From an uncultured Arcobacteraceae bacterium (GTDB lineage: Bacteria > Campylobacterota > Campylobacteria > Campylobacterales > Arcobacteraceae), in NCBI GenBank assembly GCA_964022095.1, contig CAXHZO010000023.1, positions 1 through 34,834 of the forward strand: a DNA stretch of 34,834 nucleotides, given 5' to 3'. The notes under the pieces were generated by a model that saw only the letters and a program-made list of their open reading frames with translations, was not told the DNA's origin and searched no databases. Numbering within the stretch: the stretch's first letter is position 1; every line of letters starts with the position of its first letter. Of this stretch, positions 8,423 through 17,022 are shown piece after piece. The position numbers were made by a program, and so were the translations under genes.

Positions 8423-9757
8423 ATGGCTGATGGTATTTTAGGATTAGGATCTGGACAAGCTGCCTCTTTAAATCAAGAGTTAATTGATAAATTAAAAGAC
8501 GCAGAAAGAAAAGCTAGAGTTGAGCCAATTGAATCTAGTATTGAAGATATTACATTAGAAAAAGAAGTTTTTAGTGAGATTGAAAGTAAAGTATCTGAAT
8601 TATTAGAAGCTATTAAACCTTTTGATTTATTTGTTTCTGGAGGAGTAAATGCCTTTAATGAAAAATCTGCAACTACATCTGGAGATTCTGTAGTATTTGA
8701 TGCTGCCGATGTATCAGTACTATCAAAGGGTGTTACAACTGTTGAGATTGTTACTTTAGCGCAAAAAGATGTATATCAAACGAATTCAGTTACTGAAGCT
8801 ACTAAAGATACAGTAGTAAATGCTGGATCATTAGATATTACTGTTAATGGAGTAACTGAAACATTTGATACAACTAACTTAACATATGAACAATTAGCTG
8901 ATGAAATTAATGCAAAAGATGGAATGAATGCTTCTGTTCAACAAGTAGGGACTGATTCTTTTAGATTAGTTGTAAAAAGTGCTGAATCAGGAATAGATAA
9001 TGCTTTAACAATTGGAGGAGCAGCTTCTACTTCTTTAGGTTTAGATTTAGCTGCTAATCATACACTAACATCGCAAGATATGAATGCATTTATTGATGGT
9101 GTTGAATATAATGTTTCAGCAAATGATCTTACAGTAGATGGATTAAAAATATCTGCAACAAAACAAGGAACATCATCAATTAATGTTGTTGATGACACAA
9201 CACAAGTATCAACTCAGATGCAAAATTTTGTTTCACTATACAATGAACTTGTAGCTACAATTAATGACTCAACTAGTGCTGATTCTCCAATAACAAATAG
9301 AAGTGGTTTAAGAGAAATTGTAAATCAAGTTAAAGAAAAATTATTTAGTACATACGGAACTAATTCTGATAAATCAATTTTTAATTATGGATTTGAATTA
9401 GATAAAACAGGAATACTAAGTATTGATGAGACAGTTTTTAATAAAGCTGTTGAAGAAGATTTAGATGGATTACAAGATTTATTTGTAGGTGTTGCTGAGA
9501 GTGAAGGTTTAGGAACACAATTAAAAGCTGTAATAGATGAAATGAGTTTTAGTGGTGGAGTATTAAATATATATGAAAATAATATGACATCTAGAGAAAC
9601 TACATTAGAAGAAGATAAAACAAAAGCAGAAGAAGCTCTTAATGCTAAATATGAACAATTAGCTTTACAATTTAGTTCATATGGTGCAATAATTAATCAA
9701 ATGGAATCATCTTTCTCTGGTCTAAAACTAATGATCCAGCAATCAACTGCTGGCTAA
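8423..9757 (+). CDS. fliD: Flagellar filament cap protein FliD
   Basis: N-terminal LGLGSG..LNQELIDKLKDAE, LAQKD, FVSLYNEL, C-terminal QFSSYGAIINQM. Confidence 0.94.
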   Translation: MADGILGLGSGQAASLNQELIDKLKDAERKARVEPIESSIEDITLEKEVFSEIESKVSELLEAIKPFDLFVSGGVNAFNEKSATTSGDSVVFDAADVSVLSKGVTTVEIVTLAQKDVYQTNSVTEATKDTVVNAGSLDITVNGVTETFDTTNLTYEQLADEINAKDGMNASVQQVGTDSFRLVVKSAESGIDNALTIGGAASTSLGLDLAANHTLTSQDMNAFIDGVEYNVSANDLTVDGLKISATKQGTSSINVVDDTTQVSTQMQNFVSLYNELVATINDSTSADSPITNRSGLREIVNQVKEKLFSTYGTNSDKSIFNYGFELDKTGILSIDETVFNKAVEEDLDGLQDLFVGVAESEGLGTQLKAVIDEMSFSGGVLNIYENNMTSRETTLEEDKTKAEEALNAKYEQLALQFSSYGAIINQMESSFSGLKLMIQQSTAG

Positions 9758-9768
9758 ATATAATTATT

Positions 9769-9801
9769 GAGAAAGAAAAATTATTTTCTTTCTCCTTTTT
9801 T
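9769..9801 (+). terminator. Intrinsic terminator after fliD
   Basis: 11-bp inverted repeat GAGAAAGAAAA / TTTTCTTTCTC (9769-9779 / 9784-9794) followed by a T tract. Confidence 0.7.
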
Positions 9802-9807
9802 ATTAAA

Positions 9808-9829
9808 TTAAGGAAATATATACTATACT
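9808..9829 (+). promoter_or_regulatory. Putative sigma70-type promoter for fliS (TTAAG-N11-TATACT)
   Basis: TTAAG at 9808, TATACT at 9824, downstream of the terminator; GGAG RBS precedes ATG 9863. Confidence 0.55.
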
Positions 9830-9862
9830 GTATAGCTAATTTGATTATTACGGAGTTACTAT

Positions 9863-10219
9863 ATGGGTTTAGAAATCTATAATCAACAAAATGCTGTATC
9901 TGATGATCCTTATGTTTTGATATTAAAACTTTATGAAGGTGTTATCAAATATCTTTCATTTGTAAAAAATGCAATGGAAGAAAATAATGTTGAAACAAAA
10001 TTTACTTATATTAATAAAACTATTGCTATTTTTGATGAATTAAGAAATATACTTGATTTTGATGGTGGTGATGTTGCATATTATTTAGATGGATTATATT
10101 TATATCAAATTGAGACGCTGTTTAGTGCTGGAATTGATGATAATGTAAACTCAATTAACCAAGTTATGAAAGTAACTCAAGGACTTATAGACGCATGGAA
10201 AGACGAAACAGGTCTTTAA
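9863..10219 (+). CDS. fliS: Flagellin chaperone FliS
   Basis: PYVLILKLYEG, ELRNILDFDGGDVAYYLDGLY, DAW. Confidence 0.94.
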   Translation: MGLEIYNQQNAVSDDPYVLILKLYEGVIKYLSFVKNAMEENNVETKFTYINKTIAIFDELRNILDFDGGDVAYYLDGLYLYQIETLFSAGIDDNVNSINQVMKVTQGLIDAWKDETGL

Positions 10220-10464
10220 AAGCTCTAAGTGAATTAAATTATATTGATTCACTTGAATCTTTTGAAAGAGCAGATGCAATTGTTAGATGGTATGAAAACT
10301 ATTTATCAGATCAAAAAATAGAAGACTTTGATTTAGAAATTGAAGACTTGAAAAAACTAGAAGAACTATTTTTTAAAAATATAAACTTTCTAAGAAATCA
10401 CAAAGAAGAGACTAGATTAGAGCTGGTAAATATAAAAAAAATGCAACAGTTTTTAAAAAACTAA
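10195..10464 (+). CDS. Small helical protein after fliS; putative FliT-like chaperone
   Basis: fliD-fliS-X position, 89 aa helical pattern; overlaps fliS by 25 nt. Confidence 0.55.
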   Translation: MERRNRSLKALSELNYIDSLESFERADAIVRWYENYLSDQKIEDFDLEIEDLKKLEELFFKNINFLRNHKEETRLELVNIKKMQQFLKN

Positions 10465-11433
10465 ATCTTCCAAATCTATAGCTATTTCATATAAGTATTG
10501 CCTAATATTTTTAGGTATATGTTTTATTCTACATTTCTCTTTAAACTTTTTATCCATAATAGCTTCACTTCTGGGACAAATATATATATGCTTTTCATTT
10601 ATTGCAATATTTATTTTATGAGAAATTGTAATCTCTTTTTGAAATAAAATTTCATCTCTTTGGGCATGACTTAATAAAAAACCTCTTTTTTTTAGGCTTA
10701 TATCTATAATTCTGATATTTAGATTATCATCATTTTTATTTTCAAATATCTCTAAGTCTTTTATTTTTATTAGTGGTTTTGTATTTAAATTTAATGAGTT
10801 CAAATCATTTTGTAAGAATTTAAAAGAGTTTTTAATACCATTTTTAAACTCACTTAATAACTTATCACTAAAATTGTGTCTAAAGTAGTTTCTTTTGTAC
10901 TTTTCATCACTATTAGACTCATCATAGAAGTAATTGAAGTTTTGCTCTTTAAGATAGCTTTGTAGCTGTTCTTTTGATACATCTAATAAGGGTTTATATA
11001 TTTTATAGTTTTCTCTTTGTTCAAATTCATTTAATCCAATAAGTTCAACTAATCCTGCACCTTTTGTTAGTTGCATTAAAAACCATTCTAATTTATCATT
11101 TAGTTGGTGTGCAGTAATTAAAGTTTCATAGTGATTTTTATTGATAATCTCTTCAAAAAAACTATATCTAATATCTCTAGCTTTTTTTTCAAAATTTGAG
11201 TTTGAGTTCAATTTCACATCTTTGATAAATATTTGTTTGTTGTATTTATTTGCAAGTTTTTTTGCGTAGTTTAACTCTTCTTTTGATTGTTCTCTTTGAT
11301 TGTAATTAACAATTGCTATATCAAAGGAAATATTTTGTTTTAAAAGTAGAAAGAATAGTGCAGTTGAGTCAATACCAGCAGAAAATGCTAGAAGATTTTT
11401 TGACTCTTTAATTGCACTAAACTTTAGGTTCAT
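10453..11433 (-). CDS. tilS: tRNA(Ile)-lysidine synthetase
   Basis: AFSAGIDS PP-loop, ARDIRY, TAHQLND, YKRNYFR. Confidence 0.95.
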   Translation of the reverse strand: MNLKFSAIKESKNLLAFSAGIDSTALFFLLLKQNISFDIAIVNYNQREQSKEELNYAKKLANKYNKQIFIKDVKLNSNSNFEKKARDIRYSFFEEIINKNHYETLITAHQLNDKLEWFLMQLTKGAGLVELIGLNEFEQRENYKIYKPLLDVSKEQLQSYLKEQNFNYFYDESNSDEKYKRNYFRHNFSDKLLSEFKNGIKNSFKFLQNDLNSLNLNTKPLIKIKDLEIFENKNDDNLNIRIIDISLKKRGFLLSHAQRDEILFQKEITISHKINIAINEKHIYICPRSEAIMDKKFKEKCRIKHIPKNIRQYLYEIAIDLEDLVF

Positions 11434-11435
11434 AA

Positions 11436-12776
11436 CTATTTGATTACTGTTGCTAGTAATTTATCTCCAACTAATTCAGTAACTTTTACAGTATAAATTT
11501 TACCAAATTTAATTTGTGTATCTTCACCTAATTCGTTATCATTAATATAAATTTCGCCATCAATTTCTGGTGCCCAAGTAGTTTTTCTAGCACTTAATAA
11601 ATACTCATGCTCATCACTTTCTCCATCTACATAAACTTCAAAAGTTTGCCCAACTTCTTTTTCTAATGACTGATTTGTTGTTTGTGCGATAATTTCACCT
11701 AAAGTCTCAGCTCTTTGATCAATAGTTTCTTGTTCAACTTTTGCTTCACTTTTAGCTGCATTTGTTCCTTCTTCATCTGAGTATGAAAAAACATTTGCTC
11801 TATCAAACTTAAACTGTTCAACATAATCACATAATGCATCAAAATCTTCTTGTGTTTCACTTGGATGACCTGCAATAAAAGTTGTTCTTACAAATGAATT
11901 TGGCTTTGATTTCATATGATTCATAAGTTCAGTTAATTGCTCAACACCTTTTCCTCTTTTCATAGTTCTAAGCATACTAGGAGTAATGTGCTGCAATGGC
12001 ATATCAAAGTAGTTCTCAAATACATTTGAATCAGCAATTTTATCAATTAAACTTAAAGTCGTTGTTGATGGGTAAAGGTATAGAATCCTAGCTGTTTTAA
12101 CACCTTGTATTTTTTCAACTTCACTTATTAATTGCTCTAGTCCATCTTTATGTCCTAAATCTCTTAAAAAAGATGATGAGTCTTGAGATACAAAAGAAAA
12201 GTCAATATAACCTTTTGTAACTAAAGATTTCACTTCTTTAATTAGTGATTCAAGTGTTCTTGAGTGAAGTTTTCCTTTAAATGAAGGAATAGCACAGAAT
12301 GAACAAGATTGGTTACATCCTTCACTTAGTTTTACGTATGCATGGTATGAAGAACCTGTTATAACTCTTTCATTTGTTTCATTTGCTAAAAATACTTCGT
12401 GAGAAAAGTTACTTCTTTTTTCATTAACAAGTGTGTCAATTCTATCATAGTCACCAACTCCAGTAAATACATCAATCTCTGGTAGCTCTTTTTGTAACTC
12501 TTCTTTATATCTTTCACTTAAACAACCTGCCATTACTAAAACAGATTCATCTTTTCTATCATCGTGAAGATTTAAAATTGTATTGATACTCTCTTCTTTT
12601 GCACTATCAATAAATCCACATGTATTTACAATAATTACATCTGCATTTTCAGTGTCATTTGTCATCTCATAGTCACTAAGTTTCCCTAGCATTACTTCTG
12701 AATCAACAAGGTTTTTAGTACAACCAAGACTTACCATATGTAAAGTTTTTTTAGGGTTTTGAGTAGTAAATTTCAT
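11436..12776 (-). CDS. rimO: Ribosomal protein S12 methylthiotransferase RimO
   Basis: SLGCTKNLVDSE, NTCGFI, CNQSCSFC radical SAM motif, APEIDG. Confidence 0.96.
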   Translation of the reverse strand: MKFTTQNPKKTLHMVSLGCTKNLVDSEVMLGKLSDYEMTNDTENADVIIVNTCGFIDSAKEESINTILNLHDDRKDESVLVMAGCLSERYKEELQKELPEIDVFTGVGDYDRIDTLVNEKRSNFSHEVFLANETNERVITGSSYHAYVKLSEGCNQSCSFCAIPSFKGKLHSRTLESLIKEVKSLVTKGYIDFSFVSQDSSSFLRDLGHKDGLEQLISEVEKIQGVKTARILYLYPSTTTLSLIDKIADSNVFENYFDMPLQHITPSMLRTMKRGKGVEQLTELMNHMKSKPNSFVRTTFIAGHPSETQEDFDALCDYVEQFKFDRANVFSYSDEEGTNAAKSEAKVEQETIDQRAETLGEIIAQTTNQSLEKEVGQTFEVYVDGESDEHEYLLSARKTTWAPEIDGEIYINDNELGEDTQIKFGKIYTVKVTELVGDKLLATVIK

Positions 12777-12824
12777 ATATAAATTGTTGCCTTAATTTTT
12801 TGCGAATTTTAGCATAATATTTTT

Positions 12825-13643
12825 TTAAAGCCAAATATTATCAAGAAGTCTTGTATTTCCAAATCTTGCAACTACTAAAATAATTGTGTTTTTTGGTTCA
12901 ATTGTAGTGATTTCATTAAAGTTTCTATCTACTATTGCTACATATTCTACATCTAGTGTTGACATTATTTCATATATTTTATTTTTCACTATTTGGCTAT
13001 CTCTTTCACCTTTTGCTATAAGAGAACCTGCCATGTAAAGTGATTTTGAAATAAGTGTGGCATCTTTTCTTTGTGTAGTATCTAAATAAATATTTCTACT
13101 ACTAAGAGCTAATCCATCATCTTCTCTTACTATTTCACATGGAATAATATTTATTGGTAAAAAGAGGTCTTTAACCATTTGTTGGATTAGTGATAATTGC
13201 TGAGCATCTTTTTTCCCAAAGTAAGCATTTGTTGGCTGTGTTATATTAAATAGTTTTAAAACAACTTGCAGTACTCCATCAAAATGCCCAGGTCTAGATT
13301 TCCCTTCAAGTACAAAAGAATTATTAGGTGCTTTTACAAGTACTTCTTCTTTTCCATACATTGTAGAAATATCAGGCATAAAAATATAATCTACTTTACA
13401 CATATCACAGATTTTTTTATCGGCTTCATCTTTTCTAGGATAGGCATCTAAATCTTCACCTGGTAAAAATTGAGTAGGGTTTACAAAAATAGAGACAATT
13501 ACTACATCGTTTTCTTCCCTTGCTTTTTTAATAAGTGATATATGTCCATTGTGTAGTGCTCCCATAGTAGGTACAAAACCAACAGTTCCATTTATATTAT
13601 TTCTAATATTTTGTAATTCTTCAATAGTTTTTAAAACTTCCAA
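12825..13643 (-). CDS. panC: Pantoate--beta-alanine ligase
   Basis: VPTMGALHNGH, SIFVNPTQF, RPGHFDGV, FGKKDAQQ, SSRN, RLLDN. Confidence 0.97.
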   Translation of the reverse strand: MEVLKTIEELQNIRNNINGTVGFVPTMGALHNGHISLIKKAREENDVVIVSIFVNPTQFLPGEDLDAYPRKDEADKKICDMCKVDYIFMPDISTMYGKEEVLVKAPNNSFVLEGKSRPGHFDGVLQVVLKLFNITQPTNAYFGKKDAQQLSLIQQMVKDLFLPINIIPCEIVREDDGLALSSRNIYLDTTQRKDATLISKSLYMAGSLIAKGERDSQIVKNKIYEIMSTLDVEYVAIVDRNFNEITTIEPKNTIILVVARFGNTRLLDNIWL

Positions 13644-13668
13644 GGCTGTTTTCCCTTATATTTAAATT

Positions 13669-14628
13669 TTACTTTTCATCATAATTTGGATTTAGTTTTA
13701 GTAAAACTAAATCTGCAATCATATTTCCAATTAGTGTTAAAAATGCCCCAATAATTAATATTCCCATAATAACTGGATAGTCATGACTTAATGCGCTTTG
13801 ATAAAATAGTAATCCCATTCCATCAATTGAAAATATAGTTTCTAAAATAACAGATCCGCCAATAATTCCTGGAAGTGAAAGCCCAAGAAGTGTAATAACT
13901 GGTGGATATAAATTTGGCAAGACAAAATATCTTAAAATTTCTTTTTGACTTAAACCTCTTGCTCTTGCAAAAAATATGTAATCAGATTTTAGTATCTCAA
14001 TTGTTAAACTTCTAATATAAAGTATCAAACTTCCAATTCCACTAAATACTATAATGAATATTGGTAACACTAAATGCCAAGCATAGTCTAAATAGTAAGC
14101 TATACTTCCATCATCTGGAACACTATGTAATCCAGCAATTGGTAAAACTTCAAAGTTTATTGCAAAAACTAACACTAAAATAAGTGCTAAATAAAATGAA
14201 GGCATAGAGAAACTAAGAAGAGATAATTGCCCTGTAAATCTATCAAAAAACGAGTTTTTACTAAATGCAGATTTAATACCAAAGTAAAGTGAAATGATAA
14301 ATATCAAAACCATTGATACGAGGTTTATTGTTAGTGTAACTGGAATACGACTAAGTATTTCATTTTTAACCATCTCTCCACTAGCAAATGATATTCCAAA
14401 ATCAAGTTGTAAGATTGAGATAATCCATGAAAAAAATTGTACATAAAGTGGCTTATCAAGGCCATAAATAGCTTTTAATTGTTCAATTGATTCAGGAGTT
14501 ATATTTGGGTTTAACTCACCACTTGCAAAAAATGAGTTAGGGGCTGCATTTATTGCTAGAAATGAAATCAAACTAATTATAAATAGCATGATGATAAGGT
14601 ATAATATTTTTTTAATAAATAATTTCAT
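13669..14628 (-). CDS. Peptide/nickel ABC transporter permease (DppB/OppB family)
   Basis: YGLDKPLYVQF, DFGIS, EAA loop ARARGLS, GGSVILETIF; start placed at ATG 14628 from -10 spacing. Confidence 0.9.
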   Translation of the reverse strand: MKLFIKKILYLIIMLFIISLISFLAINAAPNSFFASGELNPNITPESIEQLKAIYGLDKPLYVQFFSWIISILQLDFGISFASGEMVKNEILSRIPVTLTINLVSMVLIFIISLYFGIKSAFSKNSFFDRFTGQLSLLSFSMPSFYLALILVLVFAINFEVLPIAGLHSVPDDGSIAYYLDYAWHLVLPIFIIVFSGIGSLILYIRSLTIEILKSDYIFFARARGLSQKEILRYFVLPNLYPPVITLLGLSLPGIIGGSVILETIFSIDGMGLLFYQSALSHDYPVIMGILIIGAFLTLIGNMIADLVLLKLNPNYDEK

Positions 14629-14641
14629 AATGCGCATTATA
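14626..14641. promoter_or_regulatory. Palindromic bidirectional promoter between ABC permease and acpS
   Basis: Perfect 14-bp palindrome ATAATGCGCATTAT (14627-14640); TATAAT on minus strand, CATAAT on plus strand. Confidence 0.5.
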
Positions 14642-14658
14642 CAAAAGATAGGTTTAAA

Positions 14659-15009
14659 ATGATAGGAATAGATGTAACATCAGTGGATAGAATTGCAAAA
14701 ATGCATGATAGATTTGGAGTAAAGGCTTATGAAAAGTTTTTAAATCCAAAAGAAATAGAACTAGTAAGAAAACCAGAAACAGCTGCTGGATTTTGGGCAG
14801 CAAAAGAAGCTGCTAGTAAAGCTATTGGAACTGGTATTGGCTCATCATGTGGTTTTCATGATATTAAGATAACTAAGACGAAAAAAGGTGCACCTAAAAT
14901 AAAATATAGAAAAAAAGTTAGACAAAAGTTTAATATCAAAGATTCTCATCTTTCAATAACTCATGATAGGGGATTTGCAATTGCAGTTGTGGTTAATACT
15001 TTAAATTAA
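14659..15009 (+). CDS. acpS: Holo-[acyl-carrier-protein] synthase
   Basis: IGID, AGFWAAKEAASKA.GTG, LSITHD. Confidence 0.96.
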   Translation: MIGIDVTSVDRIAKMHDRFGVKAYEKFLNPKEIELVRKPETAAGFWAAKEAASKAIGTGIGSSCGFHDIKITKTKKGAPKIKYRKKVRQKFNIKDSHLSITHDRGFAIAVVVNTLN

Positions 15010-15404
15010 GAAGATTGCGTTTTAGAAGTTTTAGCTAAATATCTCTCAAGAATTATTTTAGCAGCAAGAGAATCAACTCTTCCATCTCTTTTGTATTTGA
15101 TTTCACCTTTCATTAAGTCTTCTGCTTCTACTGAACTCATATTTTCTTCTTGCAGTTCATGGGGGATTTGTAAGTCAAGTAAATTTATAAAATGAGCAAT
15201 TCTTTTTTGCATATCTTCACTTGCACTTGGATATCCAACAATTAGTTTTTCAATTTCCCACTCTTTTAAAAAAGCATTTACCTCATTTGCTGCTTGATTT
15301 CTGTTTTTTCTTAAAATAGCAGTTTGTGGAGTTACTATATTAGAACTAAGACTAATAGCAACTCCGATTCTTTTTAGACCAACATCAATGCAGGCTAGTT
15401 TCAA
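15006..15404 (-). CDS. ruvX: YqgF/RuvX family pre-16S rRNA nuclease / Holliday junction resolvase-like
   Basis: IDVGLKRIGVA, IVGYP, EENMSSVEA, VDSLAAKIIL. Confidence 0.93.
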   Translation of the reverse strand: MKLACIDVGLKRIGVAISLSSNIVTPQTAILRKNRNQAANEVNAFLKEWEIEKLIVGYPSASEDMQKRIAHFINLLDLQIPHELQEENMSSVEAEDLMKGEIKYKRDGRVDSLAAKIILERYLAKTSKTQSS

Positions 15405-16312
15405 GAGATAACCTCACTAGCTACATCAAATCTATTAGCAGTCATTAAGTGAATTTTTGGATGAAATTTATTTATTTCCCTAAATAAATCTCTACTTAAA
15501 TTCATACCTATTTTATACTCTTCTTCAGGAGAGATATTATGTGCAGCTTCAAGTTTATCAAGCCAATATTGAGGTACTTTTATTCCTGGAACTTGTGCAG
15601 ATAAGAATAATGCAGTTCTAAGTTTAGTAATTGGGAAAACCCCAAAGATAAGTTGTGCTTTTTTCTTATCACCTTCAACACCTTCTTTAGCATTATTAAA
15701 ACTCTCAAGTAGTTTCTTAGCTGTTTCTACATCAAAAACTGGTTGAGAAATAACTCCTAATGTTCCATTTTGAATCTTATTATGAATTTTCTTTTCAATT
15801 GAAGCATAAGATTTTGCATAAGAGTTTGTAACAGAAAATGGGAAAATTTGTTTAGGCTCTATTTTAAAAGGCCGTCCAGCAAAATCCATACCTAAGTTAA
15901 AAGATTTAATCATTTTTAAAAGCATAATTGAGTTTGCTTCAAATACACCTTTTGAGTGTGGTTGATCACTCATTTTTGCAGGATCTCCTGTAAGGGCTAG
16001 TATTGCTCTAACATCAAAATCATTTGCTCCCATAAGGTCTGATTGTAAGGCTATTTTATTTCTATCTCTCATACTCATTGTTGCAATTACAGGTTTATTA
16101 AACTCTTGTTGTAATTTTAATGAAGCAAATAGTGCGTTGTATTTAAGTTTTGCAAGAGGGTTATCTGTTGCTGAAAATCCATCTACTTTATTTTGTAAGT
16201 TAAATTTTTTGATTTTTTCAATAATATTGTGCATAGATGGTTCATGCTGTGGTGTTGTTTCTAGTGTTAAAAACTTGTCTTCTTGAAGTTTTTCTATTAG
16301 TGTTTCAAACAT
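15401..16312 (-). CDS. metF: 5,10-methylenetetrahydrofolate reductase
   Basis: LETTP, ATDNP, MRDRN, LALTGDP, ISQPVFD, HLMTAN. Confidence 0.88.
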   Translation of the reverse strand: MFETLIEKLQEDKFLTLETTPQHEPSMHNIIEKIKKFNLQNKVDGFSATDNPLAKLKYNALFASLKLQQEFNKPVIATMSMRDRNKIALQSDLMGANDFDVRAILALTGDPAKMSDQPHSKGVFEANSIMLLKMIKSFNLGMDFAGRPFKIEPKQIFPFSVTNSYAKSYASIEKKIHNKIQNGTLGVISQPVFDVETAKKLLESFNNAKEGVEGDKKKAQLIFGVFPITKLRTALFLSAQVPGIKVPQYWLDKLEAAHNISPEEEYKIGMNLSRDLFREINKFHPKIHLMTANRFDVASEVIS

Positions 16313-16336
16313 TTAAAAAATAGTCCTTTTATAATA

Positions 16337-16378
16337 TTTAGTAAAAATTAGATAATATTATACCCTTTAAAGACTAAA
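16337..16378. promoter_or_regulatory. Overlapping divergent promoters for metF (minus, TTTAG-N11-TATAAT) and serB (plus, TTTAG-N11-TAATAT)
   Basis: Both strands show TTTAG 11 nt ahead of overlapping -10 boxes around palindrome ATAATATTAT (16352-16361). Confidence 0.55.
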
Positions 16379-16392
16379 ACTAGGGAAAATAA

Positions 16393-17019
16393 ATGAAATT
16401 AGCAGTATTTGATTTTGATTCAACACTAATGGATGGGGAAACTATTGACTTTCTTGCAAAGCCATTAGGGCTTGAAGAAAAAGTAGCAGGTATTACTGAA
16501 AAAGCAATGGCTGGAGAATTAGATTTTTTTGAATCACTAATAGAAAGAGTATCTTTACTAAAAGGTTTAGAGTATTCAAAAGCGGTTGAAATATGTAAAG
16601 AATTACCATTAATGCCAGGTGCTTATGAACTTATTCCAGAATTAAAAAAAATGGGATACAAAGTTGTATGTTTTTCAGGTGGTTTTAGAATTGGTACATC
16701 ACCAGCGAAAGAAAAATTAGGATTAGATGCAGACTTTTCAAATGTACTTCATGAAAAAGATGGAGTTTTATCAGGATTAGTTGGTGGTGATATGATGTTT
16801 GGTTTCTCTAAAGGTGATATGATCCAAAGGTTACAAAATATCTTAGGAGTAACAAAAGAGGATACTTTAGTTTGTGGAGATGGTGCAAATGATCTATCAA
16901 TGTTTGCTCATGCAGACACTAGAATTGCATTTTGTGCAAAAGAAGTTCTTAAAAAAGAAGCGAATATCATAGTAGATACAAAAGATTTAACACAAATTTT
17001 AAATAAGATTCAAGGATAA
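16393..17019 (+). CDS. serB: Phosphoserine phosphatase
   Basis: HAD motif FDFDSTL, AMAGELDF, SGGF, GDGANDLSM. Confidence 0.96.
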   Translation: MKLAVFDFDSTLMDGETIDFLAKPLGLEEKVAGITEKAMAGELDFFESLIERVSLLKGLEYSKAVEICKELPLMPGAYELIPELKKMGYKVVCFSGGFRIGTSPAKEKLGLDADFSNVLHEKDGVLSGLVGGDMMFGFSKGDMIQRLQNILGVTKEDTLVCGDGANDLSMFAHADTRIAFCAKEVLKKEANIIVDTKDLTQILNKIQG

Positions 17020-17022
17020 AAA

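Noticed and set aside
14629-14637. Longer start (MRIMK) for the ABC permease
   Set aside because: That ATG lies inside the putative -10 box and has no SD
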